Source: Opitutia bacterium (GTDB lineage: Bacteria > Verrucomicrobiota > Verrucomicrobiia > Opitutales > T3Sed10-336). From it: DNA of 64,000 bases. The position numbers were made by a program, and so were the translations under genes. Every line of letters begins with the position of its first letter. Within the stretch, counting starts at the first letter, position 1. Of the stretch, positions 9,285 through 17,751 are shown in pieces. The stretch is from positions 42,061 through 106,060 of the forward strand of contig JBJHCF010000010.1 of the NCBI GenBank assembly GCA_050506795.1, in the 5' to 3' direction. The notes under the pieces are model-generated. The model searched no databases, had not been told where the DNA came from, and was given only the letters and a program-made list of their open reading frames with translations.

Positions 9285-10049
9285 GTGCCGGATTATCGCA
9301 GCTATTGTCCGCCGGGGTCGGTTCGGGATGGGGTCGTTTCGCTGGACGCCGGGGAATCGCACCACCTGGTCCGGGTGAACCGGGCGCGCCGGGGCGATCC
9401 TGTGGTGGTCTTCGACGGACGCGGCAACGAGTTCGATTGCGTGTTGGCCAGGGACCACGGCGCGGCGGCGATCCTGGAGGTTGGCGAACAGCGGAGGATC
9501 GCTCCCCTGCCCTACGCGCTGACCCTGGCCCAGGCGGTGCCCAAGGGAAAAATGTTCGATAATATCGTGCGCCACGCCACCGAAATCGGGGCGTCCCGTA
9601 TTGTGCCGGTGGTGACGGATCGCACGGAGGTGCGCCTGGACCCCCAGCGTTCTCCCAAAAAGGAAGAGAAGTGGCGTACCGCCGCCCTGGAGGCGGCCAA
9701 ACAGTGCGGCACGCCGTTCATTCCGGAAATCAGCTCCACCACCGGCCTGGACCGCCTGCTGGAGGCGGAAGACAAGTACGATTTGAAGCTGGTGGCCGGC
9801 CTGGTGCCGGAGGCGGGCAGCCTGGCCGGGTTTCTGCCCCTCGAAATCCAGGGAACTCCGGAAGCGCCTTTTCGGGTGCTTTGGCTGGTCGGTCCCGAAG
9901 GCGATTTCAGTCCGGAGGAAATCGCCGCCGCCCGGGCACACGGCTTTTCCTTTGTCACCTTGGGACCCTACGTCCTGCGCTGCGAAACAGCCGCCCTGTA
10001 CGCGTTGAGTATCACCGCCTACGAATTGGGCCGACGGCTGACGGGGTAG
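9285..10049 (+). CDS. rsmE: 16S rRNA (uracil1498-N3)-methyltransferase
   Basis: HHLVRV.R, ATEIG, EAAKQC, VGPEGDFS, LGPYVLRCETA. Confidence 0.93.
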   Translation: MPDYRSYCPPGSVRDGVVSLDAGESHHLVRVNRARRGDPVVVFDGRGNEFDCVLARDHGAAAILEVGEQRRIAPLPYALTLAQAVPKGKMFDNIVRHATEIGASRIVPVVTDRTEVRLDPQRSPKKEEKWRTAALEAAKQCGTPFIPEISSTTGLDRLLEAEDKYDLKLVAGLVPEAGSLAGFLPLEIQGTPEAPFRVLWLVGPEGDFSPEEIAAARAHGFSFVTLGPYVLRCETAALYALSITAYELGRRLTG

Positions 10050-10097
10050 GCGCCTCGTCGTTTCTTAAATCCACATCGGGATCGCGTTTCCACCTCG

Positions 10098-10151
10098 TGG
10101 AGGGAGGCGCTCCCGCGCCGGCGGCCATGCTGGCAGGATGCCCGCGCTCGA
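10098..10151. repeat. TGGAG/GGAG-type REP-like palindromes
   Basis: TGGAGGGAGGCGCTCCCGCGCCG and GCAGGATGCCCGCGCTC; reverse-complement relatives at 14461-14512. Confidence 0.6.
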
Positions 10152-10268
10152 GTGCCCGGCACGAGCATGAACTAATCACAGGAAAAAAATGATAGGAAAA
10201 AGTGGCAACAACCGTAGTAAAAAACAAAGCGCGGGTTCCGACAGAGTCTCCGATTTAAGCTGAATTTT

Positions 10269-10361
10269 TCAGATATTGAGCAGCCAGGCGAAGAGCACGG
10301 CGGCGAGCAAAAACAAGAGGCCCAATCCGAGGGCGACACAGGTGGCTATGGTGTGATGCAT
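10269..10361 (-). CDS. Putative 30-aa single-pass membrane peptide
   Basis: ATG..TGA ORF MHHTIATCVALGLGLLFLLAAVLFAWLLNI, co-oriented just downstream of the ferric reductase-like gene. Confidence 0.4.
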   Translation of the reverse strand: MHHTIATCVALGLGLLFLLAAVLFAWLLNI

Positions 10362-10411
10362 GAGTGTGTATTGTCACTGGTTTCTGAGAAATAAAATCTG
10401 CCCGCCACGCA

Positions 10412-11743
10412 CTAAACCATATCGAAGCGTTCATCCCGTTGCTGGCTTTTCGGAATACCCAGGGAACGTAGCGATTCATTTAGCGAGGCCGCCATGGCGA
10501 CCGGGCCGCAGACCATATAATCGAAACTGCGCAGTGTTCTCTTTGGTAGATGGCGGGTGATGACATCGGTGCGCAGCAGGCCTTTCTCGCCGTCCCAATC
10601 ATCGGGCGGGCACTCAAGGACATAAACGACCCGGAGGTTGATTTCTTTGGCCAGCATCTCCAGTTCCTGCCGGAACGGCATTTTTTCAATTGTCTTGGCG
10701 GCGTAGAAGAGGTGGAAGGGATGGGGAGAACCACTGGCTTTCAGCCACCGGAGCATGGACATCGCCAGGGTGATTCCAATTCCACCGGCGAGAAAAACTG
10801 AAGCGGGTGCCGTCTTTTCCCGCAGGGTCAAATGTCCGTAGGGGCCTTCCAAAAAAGCCGTCGTGCCCTTTGGTATATCAGCGATGTTCGAAGTGAAGTC
10901 ACCCATTTTCTTGATGGTGAACTCCAGCCTGACGGGATTGGATGGTGAAGATGCAATGGTGAAGGGGTTTTGCTGCAGTTGGAAAGGACTTCGACCGATT
11001 GTCATCCAGGCATATTGACCGGCTTTGAAATCAAAACCGTCATGGCCAAGCGCTTCCAGTTCCAGCGTCCAAATCGATTCTGCCTCGGGTCGAACTTCAA
11101 CCACTTGCCATGGTTTGCGCGAGGCCACAAGGGGTTTGAGTAAGCGGACATGAAAGAGCCACCAGAACGCCATCAGTGCAATCGTGACCCAGACGGCGGT
11201 CTTGAGAAAGGAGTGGGTGAAGTGTCCCACCATGATCAAGTGTGCGAGGGCTATAAGTACGACCAGAGACGCCATGGCAGTGTGGATGAGTCGCCAGTAC
11301 TCGTAGCTCAATCCCAGTTTATTTCGCCAGATCGAGCTTACGATGAGAACCGCCATAGCCAAAAGGAGCGCGATCAGGGCGAAGGCCCTGGGCGCATTGA
11401 CTCTCGGGTCGAAAAAGCCGAGGTAGGCGGGGTCCGCGACGATCACGATGAGCACGTGGCTAAATACGAGAACCGCGGCAATTTGGCCGATTTGGCGATG
11501 GAAGTGCAATAGGGTATCTACACCGAAGGGCTTACCCACGCGCGGAAAGCGGCCCGTGGTGATAAACTGAAAGCAAAGTACGGCAAAGGCCGTAAACCCT
11601 AGAATCGCACCAAAATCTACCCAGAAGCCCCTCCCGGGCGGCACTTCACCCAGTAACATTAACCCGGTCGGCACCAGCACAGCGAGGGCGAAAACACTGA
11701 TCCAGAGTATGGTTTTCCAAGCAGTGAGAGTTACTTTCAGCAT
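10412..11743 (-). CDS. Ferric reductase-like transmembrane protein with FAD/NAD(P)-binding domain
   Basis: TM helices with conserved His (FHRQIG..H, IH..AH), GQY, PFTIAS, EGPYG, AGGIGIT, CGP, ERF motifs; start uncertain. Confidence 0.88.
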   Translation of the reverse strand: MLKVTLTAWKTILWISVFALAVLVPTGLMLLGEVPPGRGFWVDFGAILGFTAFAVLCFQFITTGRFPRVGKPFGVDTLLHFHRQIGQIAAVLVFSHVLIVIVADPAYLGFFDPRVNAPRAFALIALLLAMAVLIVSSIWRNKLGLSYEYWRLIHTAMASLVVLIALAHLIMVGHFTHSFLKTAVWVTIALMAFWWLFHVRLLKPLVASRKPWQVVEVRPEAESIWTLELEALGHDGFDFKAGQYAWMTIGRSPFQLQQNPFTIASSPSNPVRLEFTIKKMGDFTSNIADIPKGTTAFLEGPYGHLTLREKTAPASVFLAGGIGITLAMSMLRWLKASGSPHPFHLFYAAKTIEKMPFRQELEMLAKEINLRVVYVLECPPDDWDGEKGLLRTDVITRHLPKRTLRSFDYMVCGPVAMAASLNESLRSLGIPKSQQRDERFDMV

Positions 11744-11924
11744 CTCAGGAAGCATTCGAAGCATTCGCTCAATTGGAAAAGCACTGAGAAATCCTCTTCC
11801 GTTGAGTCATCACAAACAAAGGCTTCCAAGGCGAGCCAAGACAGTACTGAATAAACTTATTCCGCTCAAGTGCTTTGTTTACGAAACGATTCGATTGGCC
11901 GTAATCAAGGAGCAAGAATCCTTC

Positions 11925-12069
11925 ATGGAGCACCACGGGTATATCCTGCCGTGGACCTTGGCAGAGGCACCCCCATGACCTCCGCCGGGTTCAACCGTCG
12001 GATGTGGAGGACCGCATATCCGGTGGTGTGGAAGGGCTGCGGGGCGCAATCCCCGCAGCCCAATCCGAT
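11925..12069 (+). mobile_element. Degenerate group II intron 3' remnant (RT/maturase tail + domains V and VI)
   Basis: AACCGTCGGATGTGGAGGACCGCATATCCGGTGGTGT folds as domain V; GGGCTGCGGGG-CGCAAT-CCCCGCAGCCC followed by AATCCGAT is domain VI with an AY 3' end; preceded by peptide HGYILPWTLAEAPP*. Confidence 0.8.
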
Positions 12070-12162
12070 CAGCAGACAGGAACTCCTGGCGGGCGGCAAG
12101 ATCGACCACCTTGATCTTTTCGCCCTGTTCACGGGCTTCTCTTTTGCTTAGGGTCTTCTGTC

Positions 12163-13554
12163 ATGAGCCATGAATACGACTTTATCGTGATCGGCGGAGG
12201 GAGTGCCGGTTACAACGCGGCGCGGAAGGCGCTGGAATTCACCGAGAGCGTCGCGGTGGTGGACGGCGCACAGGAACTGGGCGGGCTGTGTATCCTGCGC
12301 GGCTGTATGCCGTCCAAGACTTTGATCTATACGGCGGAGATCCTGCACCACGCCCGGCACGGGGATTGCTTCGGGCTGGATATTCCCGATGCCCGGGCCG
12401 ACATGAAACGGGTAGCGGCGCGCAAGCGGGAAATCATCGCCGACTTCGCTTCCTACCGCCGGGAGGGACTGACCTCCGGGAAATTCGATCTGCACCGGGG
12501 CAACGCGCGGTTCCGGGATGCTCATTCCATCGAACTCGACGACGGCACGGTTCTGCGCGGCAAAAAATTTCTCATCAGCACCGGCTCACAGGTCGATCTG
12601 CCGCCGGTGCCGGGCCTGGATACGGCTTCGCTTTGGACCAGCGACGACGTGCTCGACCTGGATTTTCTGCCGGAGTCGGTCATCGTTCTGGGCGGCGGCA
12701 TCGTCGCCTGCGAACTGGCGCAATACTTGCAGCGCATGGGAAGCCGGGTCATTCAGATCCAACGCAGTCCCCACATCCTCAAGGAACTCCCGGTCGACGC
12801 CGCAAAGGTTGTCGAGACCGCATTCCGCGACGAAGGTATCGAGTTGTTCACCGGGACCCAGATTAAGAGCATTGTTCGGAAGGAGGGGGAAATCGAAGTC
12901 ACCTTCATGCACGAAGGCCGGGAAATCACCCGCCAGGCCGCGCACGGGCTCAACGCTCTTGGTCGTCGCGCCAACACCGGCACCCTCAACCTGGAAGCAG
13001 CCGGGGTCGCCCTGAAGAAGAACGGTCAGATCGAAACGGATACGTTCCAGCGCACCAGCAATCCCGACATCTACGCCGCCGGCGACTGCGCCGGCCCCTA
13101 TGAAATCGTTCACATCGCCATCCAGCAGGGAGAGATCGCTGCACAGCACGCCCTGGGGAAAACGGTAGCGCCGGTGGATTACAATCAACTGCTCCTGGTC
13201 CTTTTCACCGACCCCCAGATCGCGGTGGCCGGGCGATCCGAACAGGCGTTGCGCGACGCCGGAGAGGACATTGTTTCCGCATCCTTCCCGTTCGACGACC
13301 ACGGCAAATCCATTCTCATGGAAGCCAAGTATGGTTATGTGAAAGTGATCGCGTCCCGCTCGGACGGCAGGATCCTGGGAGCCGAAATCGTGGGCAAGGA
13401 TGCCGGCGAACTGATCCACTCGCTCTCCACCGCCATCGCCCTGCGCGCCACGGTGCACGATCTGCTGAAAGCGCCCTGGTACCACCCGACGCTTTCGGAA
13501 ATCATCACCTACCCGCTGGAGGATATCGCGGAGGAATTGTTGGCCGGACGATAG
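12163..13554 (+). CDS. Pyridine nucleotide-disulfide oxidoreductase (dihydrolipoyl dehydrogenase family)
   Basis: GGGSAG, GGLCILRGCMPSK redox disulfide, GGGIVACE, YAAGD, HPTLSE. Confidence 0.9.
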   Translation: MSHEYDFIVIGGGSAGYNAARKALEFTESVAVVDGAQELGGLCILRGCMPSKTLIYTAEILHHARHGDCFGLDIPDARADMKRVAARKREIIADFASYRREGLTSGKFDLHRGNARFRDAHSIELDDGTVLRGKKFLISTGSQVDLPPVPGLDTASLWTSDDVLDLDFLPESVIVLGGGIVACELAQYLQRMGSRVIQIQRSPHILKELPVDAAKVVETAFRDEGIELFTGTQIKSIVRKEGEIEVTFMHEGREITRQAAHGLNALGRRANTGTLNLEAAGVALKKNGQIETDTFQRTSNPDIYAAGDCAGPYEIVHIAIQQGEIAAQHALGKTVAPVDYNQLLLVLFTDPQIAVAGRSEQALRDAGEDIVSASFPFDDHGKSILMEAKYGYVKVIASRSDGRILGAEIVGKDAGELIHSLSTAIALRATVHDLLKAPWYHPTLSEIITYPLEDIAEELLAGR

Positions 13555-14201
13555 AACAGCACCACCGTTCGCCCGGCGCGTTCCCAATCCCATCCATACC
13601 GCCGAGCCAGCCAGGCAAAGGTCGATTCGCGGAAAAAGCTGACGTGGGTGGGATCGTGGCGGTACCACCAGGAGGAAAAGTCGCCCTCCGGCGGAAAGAT
13701 TTCGGTCATAATGCCCAGCCATCCTCCCGGTTTCAGCAGGCCGGCCAACCGGTCGAACTCCCGGGACGGACGGTGGAAATGCTCCACCGTTTCGGTACAG
13801 GTGACAAAATCATAGTCCCGTTCAAGCACCCGGGTATCGGGGGCAAAAAAAGGATCGTAGGTGGCGGTGGGAAACCCGACCTCCTCCAGCATCAAGGACA
13901 ATGTCGGCCCGGGTCCCGAACCGTAGTCGAGCCCCTCCATGCCGGGCTTCAGTTTTTCGCGTAGCGGCGAGAAGAGCCGGTTAAGAAAATCGCGGTAACG
14001 CGGATCGGTGGGATCGTTCTCATGGGTCTCGTAATGCACCCGCTCGGCCTCGCGATCCGGACGACGTCCCGGATGCAGAAAGATCAACCCGCAGCCCGAA
14101 CAATCGAGGTAGTCGGCCACAGCGGGAGTCGGCACCACCGCCGCCCCCTTAGCCCCGCACAAGGGGCAAGGGATTTCACCTGCGTCACCTACAATTCGCA
14201 T
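13509..14201 (-). CDS. Class I SAM-dependent methyltransferase with N-terminal zinc ribbon
   Basis: CPLC..CSGC, GLDYGSGPG, YDPFF, ETVEHF, WWYRHDPTHVSFF. Confidence 0.85.
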   Translation of the reverse strand: MRIVGDAGEIPCPLCGAKGAAVVPTPAVADYLDCSGCGLIFLHPGRRPDREAERVHYETHENDPTDPRYRDFLNRLFSPLREKLKPGMEGLDYGSGPGPTLSLMLEEVGFPTATYDPFFAPDTRVLERDYDFVTCTETVEHFHRPSREFDRLAGLLKPGGWLGIMTEIFPPEGDFSSWWYRHDPTHVSFFRESTFAWLARRYGWDWERAGRTVVLFYRPANNSSAISSSG

Positions 14202-14547
14202 ATCCGGACGTTAGCAGACCGGCGCCACTCAATACCAACCGGAAAAACCGACCGTCGGTCTCGTATAATTTGCGGGTAATGTATTGGAGGAGCGCGAACT
14301 CGATTCGGCTTGTCAAACGATGAACCTGCTTAACCGAGACGTTCCCCGTAGGTCCGTGCTTCAGCCGGACACAACCGGGGACACAAGTCCCCGGAACACT
14401 GGATTCTTAACCACGAAGTACACGAAATACACGAAGTGGCTCAACCGAATCGCATCGACCTGGGAGCGCGGGCATCCTGCCCGCACCGGCGGCGCGGGAG
14501 CGCCGCCCTCCAGGAAGGAGGATGCGCGAACTCGATTCGCATTCGGA

Positions 14548-16086
14548 CTACAGTCTTGCCAGCCAGGTGCTGAGCGGACCCTGGAAAAAACCGATCAGGA
14601 CGGTGAGCACCGCCAGGGAGGTGAGCACCCAGCAACTGAGCAGGCTGACCTGCGGAAAGGCGCGGGCCTGGTCGGAGGCATCCTGTCCGGCGGAGGGGAT
14701 TTCCCAGTTGCGGAAGACGGCGGCCTTGATCCAGCCGAAATAATAATAGATGGAGAGCACCACCCCGACCAGCGAAACCCCGAGAAGCCAATAAAGTCCG
14801 GCCTGAAACGCCGCGACGAAAATCAGAAGTTTACCTATGAAACCGGCCAGCGGCGGAATGCCGGCCAGCGACCCGAGGCCGACCACCAGGACTCCCCCCA
14901 GCAGGGGACGCTCCCGGGCGAGGTTGAGGTAGTCCTCGATTTCATCGCCGTGACCGTCCTCCTTCGAAAGGTGAGCCATCACTCCGAAAACCGCGAAGGA
15001 CGCCAGCAGGTAGGTGAACAGATAAAACAGCACCGCCCCGATGGCCCACGGCACGTAAAGCGAGGCAATCACTCCCACCAGCAGGTAACCCGCATGGGCG
15101 ATGCCCGAGAGACCCATGAGTCGCTTGACGTTGCGCTGGGTGAGCGCGGTGATGTTGCCGAACAAAATCGTGAGGGTGGCAAGGAGGGTCAGCACCGGCA
15201 CCAAAAGGTTTTCCATCGGTGCGAACACCCGCATGACCAGGGTCAGCAGCACGGCGAAGCCGGCCGCCTTGGACGCCACCGCCAGAAACGCGGTCACGGG
15301 GGTCGATGCGCCCTGGTAAACGTCGGGCACCCAGATTTGAAAGGGGAAGGCGGCGATTTTGAACGACATTCCCGCCAGCACCAGGATCATGCCGATGGCG
15401 GCCAGGCCGCTTTCCGGGTGGTTCAGCAGGAAGGCGTTGAGCGCGCCGAAATTCATGGAATCCGCGGAACCCCCGACCATGAGCGGATTGCCGGCCACTC
15501 CGTAAAGGAGCGCGATGCCGAAAAGCAGGATCGCCGAACTGAGCGCACTGAGCACCAGGTACTTCAACCCCGCTTCCAGCGAGATGGCCTGGTGCCGGAA
15601 ATAGCTGATCAGGACGTAGAACCCGACCGTCACCGTTTCCAGCGCCACGAACAGCATCACGAAGTGATTGCTCTGGGCCAGCAGCATGAGCGCCGCCGTC
15701 ACCACCAGCGTGATGTGATAAAACTCCACTCGCGGCACCGGCTTTCCCGCCAGGCTGATGCCCGCCAGGTAGCAGACCAGCAGCGAACTCAGGAGAAAGA
15801 ACAGACGCATGGCCTGTCCCGACCCGTCGTGGTACAACATGCCGGCAAAAGTTTCCTGGCCGAGGAAACCGCCCCCGCTCCGGTAAAACAGGAGCATCCA
15901 AGCCAGCAAAAAGACCTGTCCGAAGACCGCCACCCGCGGAATCAGCGTCACCCGATGCTTCGGGAAAAGGATTTCCAGCACCAGGAGCGCCAGGGCCAGC
16001 ACCGCCAGGGTGATTTCCGGCAGAATGGCGCTCCACTGGTTCGAAGCGGCGATTTCCTTAAACTGGAGCAATTGATCGTTCATCAC
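14548..16086 (-). CDS. nuoN: NADH-quinone oxidoreductase subunit N (set 1)
   Basis: EAGLKY, FKIAAFPFQIWVPDVYQGA, SKAAG, KRLMGLSGIAHAGY, GIPPLAGFIGK. Confidence 0.92.
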   Translation of the reverse strand: MMNDQLLQFKEIAASNQWSAILPEITLAVLALALLVLEILFPKHRVTLIPRVAVFGQVFLLAWMLLFYRSGGGFLGQETFAGMLYHDGSGQAMRLFFLLSSLLVCYLAGISLAGKPVPRVEFYHITLVVTAALMLLAQSNHFVMLFVALETVTVGFYVLISYFRHQAISLEAGLKYLVLSALSSAILLFGIALLYGVAGNPLMVGGSADSMNFGALNAFLLNHPESGLAAIGMILVLAGMSFKIAAFPFQIWVPDVYQGASTPVTAFLAVASKAAGFAVLLTLVMRVFAPMENLLVPVLTLLATLTILFGNITALTQRNVKRLMGLSGIAHAGYLLVGVIASLYVPWAIGAVLFYLFTYLLASFAVFGVMAHLSKEDGHGDEIEDYLNLARERPLLGGVLVVGLGSLAGIPPLAGFIGKLLIFVAAFQAGLYWLLGVSLVGVVLSIYYYFGWIKAAVFRNWEIPSAGQDASDQARAFPQVSLLSCWVLTSLAVLTVLIGFFQGPLSTWLARL

Positions 16087-16095
16087 ACAATAGTC

Positions 16096-17724
16096 CTATA
16101 GCCCGGCTCGCGGGTTGATGTCCTCCGGCGCGCAACAGGACGGCAGCGGCAGCGAAGCCGGCATGATGTTGTTCCCATCGTGGTACTGGGCGGCGGTACC
16201 GGGGGACTGATCGGCGAACTGCTCGTAGAGGGGCGTCACCGCCTGGTTGATCCCGTCGGTCATGGAACGCGGCCAGATACCGACCACGATCAACAGCGTC
16301 AGCAGCACCAGTACGGGAGCCCGTTCGTGCCCCTGAATATCGCTGATTGCGCGTCCGCGGGACACCTCGGCAAACGCCGGCGTCGGTTCGCCGAAAAAGA
16401 TATTGCCGACCGCGCGCAATCCGTAAACCGCGGATATCACCACCCCGAAAACGGCGGGAATCACCATCCATTCCTTGTACTGCCAGAGGCCGATGAAAAC
16501 GGTCAACTCCCCCCAGAAGTTGGCCAGTCCCGGACCGGGAAGCCCGATACTCGCGAGCATGGCGGTGACAAAAAACGCCGCCAGCACCGGCGTTTGGCGT
16601 CCCAACCCGCCGATCTCCCGCATATCGAAAGTCTCGGTTCGCCGGTAGATACAATGCCCGAGCAGGAAGAGCAGGGCCACGGTCAAACCGTGGGCGAACA
16701 TCAGAATCACCGCGCCGCCCACGCCCACCGCGGATAGGCAGGCCAGCCCGAGAAAACAGTACCCCATGTGCATGACCGAGCTGTAACCGATCATCTGCTT
16801 GAGATCGCGCTGCGCCACCGTCACAAAACCAATCACCACCACGTTGCCGAGCGCCAGCAGGGCCAGAAAGTACATCCAGTTCTCCGCGCCCTGCGGCAGC
16901 AGGGGCGCTCCGATCTGAATCAAACCGTAGAGGCCGAACTTCTTCAGCACGCCGGCGTGCAGCATGGCGGCCGAGGTCGGCGCAGCTCCGTAACCCAGAG
17001 CCGCCCAGGTGTGCAGCGGCCAGAGTGACACCAGAATGCCGAATCCAAACAACAAGAGGGCGAAAGTGTAGGTCTGGGCAACGCTGCCGATACTCTGCCC
17101 GGCCAGGGCCGCCTGCAAACTCAGCATATCGAAGGACTCCGCCCCGCTCTGGACGTAGAGCGCGATCAGACCGAGAAGCGACAGCAAGGCGCCGAGGGTG
17201 AGGTAGATGGTCATCTTCATGGCGGCGTAATGCCGCTCCCGGCCGCCCCAGATGCCGATCATGATAAAGGTGGGGATCAGGGCCACCTCGTGGAAGAAGT
17301 AGAAAAAGAAAACATCCACCGACGCGAATACTCCCATCAGGCCACCCTGCATGATCAACAGGAGCGCCAGATACTCACGCAGCCGCGCGGCGCCGGAATG
17401 AAGCGCATAAAAACCTGCCGCGAAACCGACCACCCCGGCCAGGACAAAAAGCGGCAGGGAAATGCCGTTCAACCCGAGTTGCAGGGAAATACCGAGGAAT
17501 TCCAGGCCCAGGGGCAGGTCGCTGAGGTACGCGTACCCGGTTTCCTCGTCGGGCGAGAATCCGATCCAAAGAAATATCGCCACCAGCGCCGGAAACAAAA
17601 AACCGGTCAGGGCCAGACGCCGCACCAGGGCTTCCCGCGCCGGACCGAGCAACAGCAGCGCGCCGCCGAAAACGATCGGCAGGAAAACGGTCAATTGCAG
17701 TAAAAACGAAAAGCGCTCAGCCAT
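16096..17724 (-). CDS. nuoM: NADH-quinone oxidoreductase subunit M (set 1)
   Basis: PLHTW, LKKFGLYG, YSSVMHMG, AHG, ASIGLPG..NFWGE; lies between nuoL and nuoN. Confidence 0.92.
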   Translation of the reverse strand: MAERFSFLLQLTVFLPIVFGGALLLLGPAREALVRRLALTGFLFPALVAIFLWIGFSPDEETGYAYLSDLPLGLEFLGISLQLGLNGISLPLFVLAGVVGFAAGFYALHSGAARLREYLALLLIMQGGLMGVFASVDVFFFYFFHEVALIPTFIMIGIWGGRERHYAAMKMTIYLTLGALLSLLGLIALYVQSGAESFDMLSLQAALAGQSIGSVAQTYTFALLLFGFGILVSLWPLHTWAALGYGAAPTSAAMLHAGVLKKFGLYGLIQIGAPLLPQGAENWMYFLALLALGNVVVIGFVTVAQRDLKQMIGYSSVMHMGYCFLGLACLSAVGVGGAVILMFAHGLTVALLFLLGHCIYRRTETFDMREIGGLGRQTPVLAAFFVTAMLASIGLPGPGLANFWGELTVFIGLWQYKEWMVIPAVFGVVISAVYGLRAVGNIFFGEPTPAFAEVSRGRAISDIQGHERAPVLVLLTLLIVVGIWPRSMTDGINQAVTPLYEQFADQSPGTAAQYHDGNNIMPASLPLPSCCAPEDINPRAGL

Positions 17725-17751
17725 AATGTGCAGGTCTCCCTCGTCGGAAAA

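Noticed and set aside
8842..12069. A complete DGR or active retroelement linking the VR-like fragment and the intron remnant
   Set aside because: No reverse transcriptase, template repeat or avd in the window; the two remnants are on opposite strands and separated by tRNA-Leu and rsmE.
12163..13554. Mercuric reductase MerA
   Set aside because: No C-terminal Cys-Cys pair, no N-terminal metal-binding domain and no mer genes nearby.
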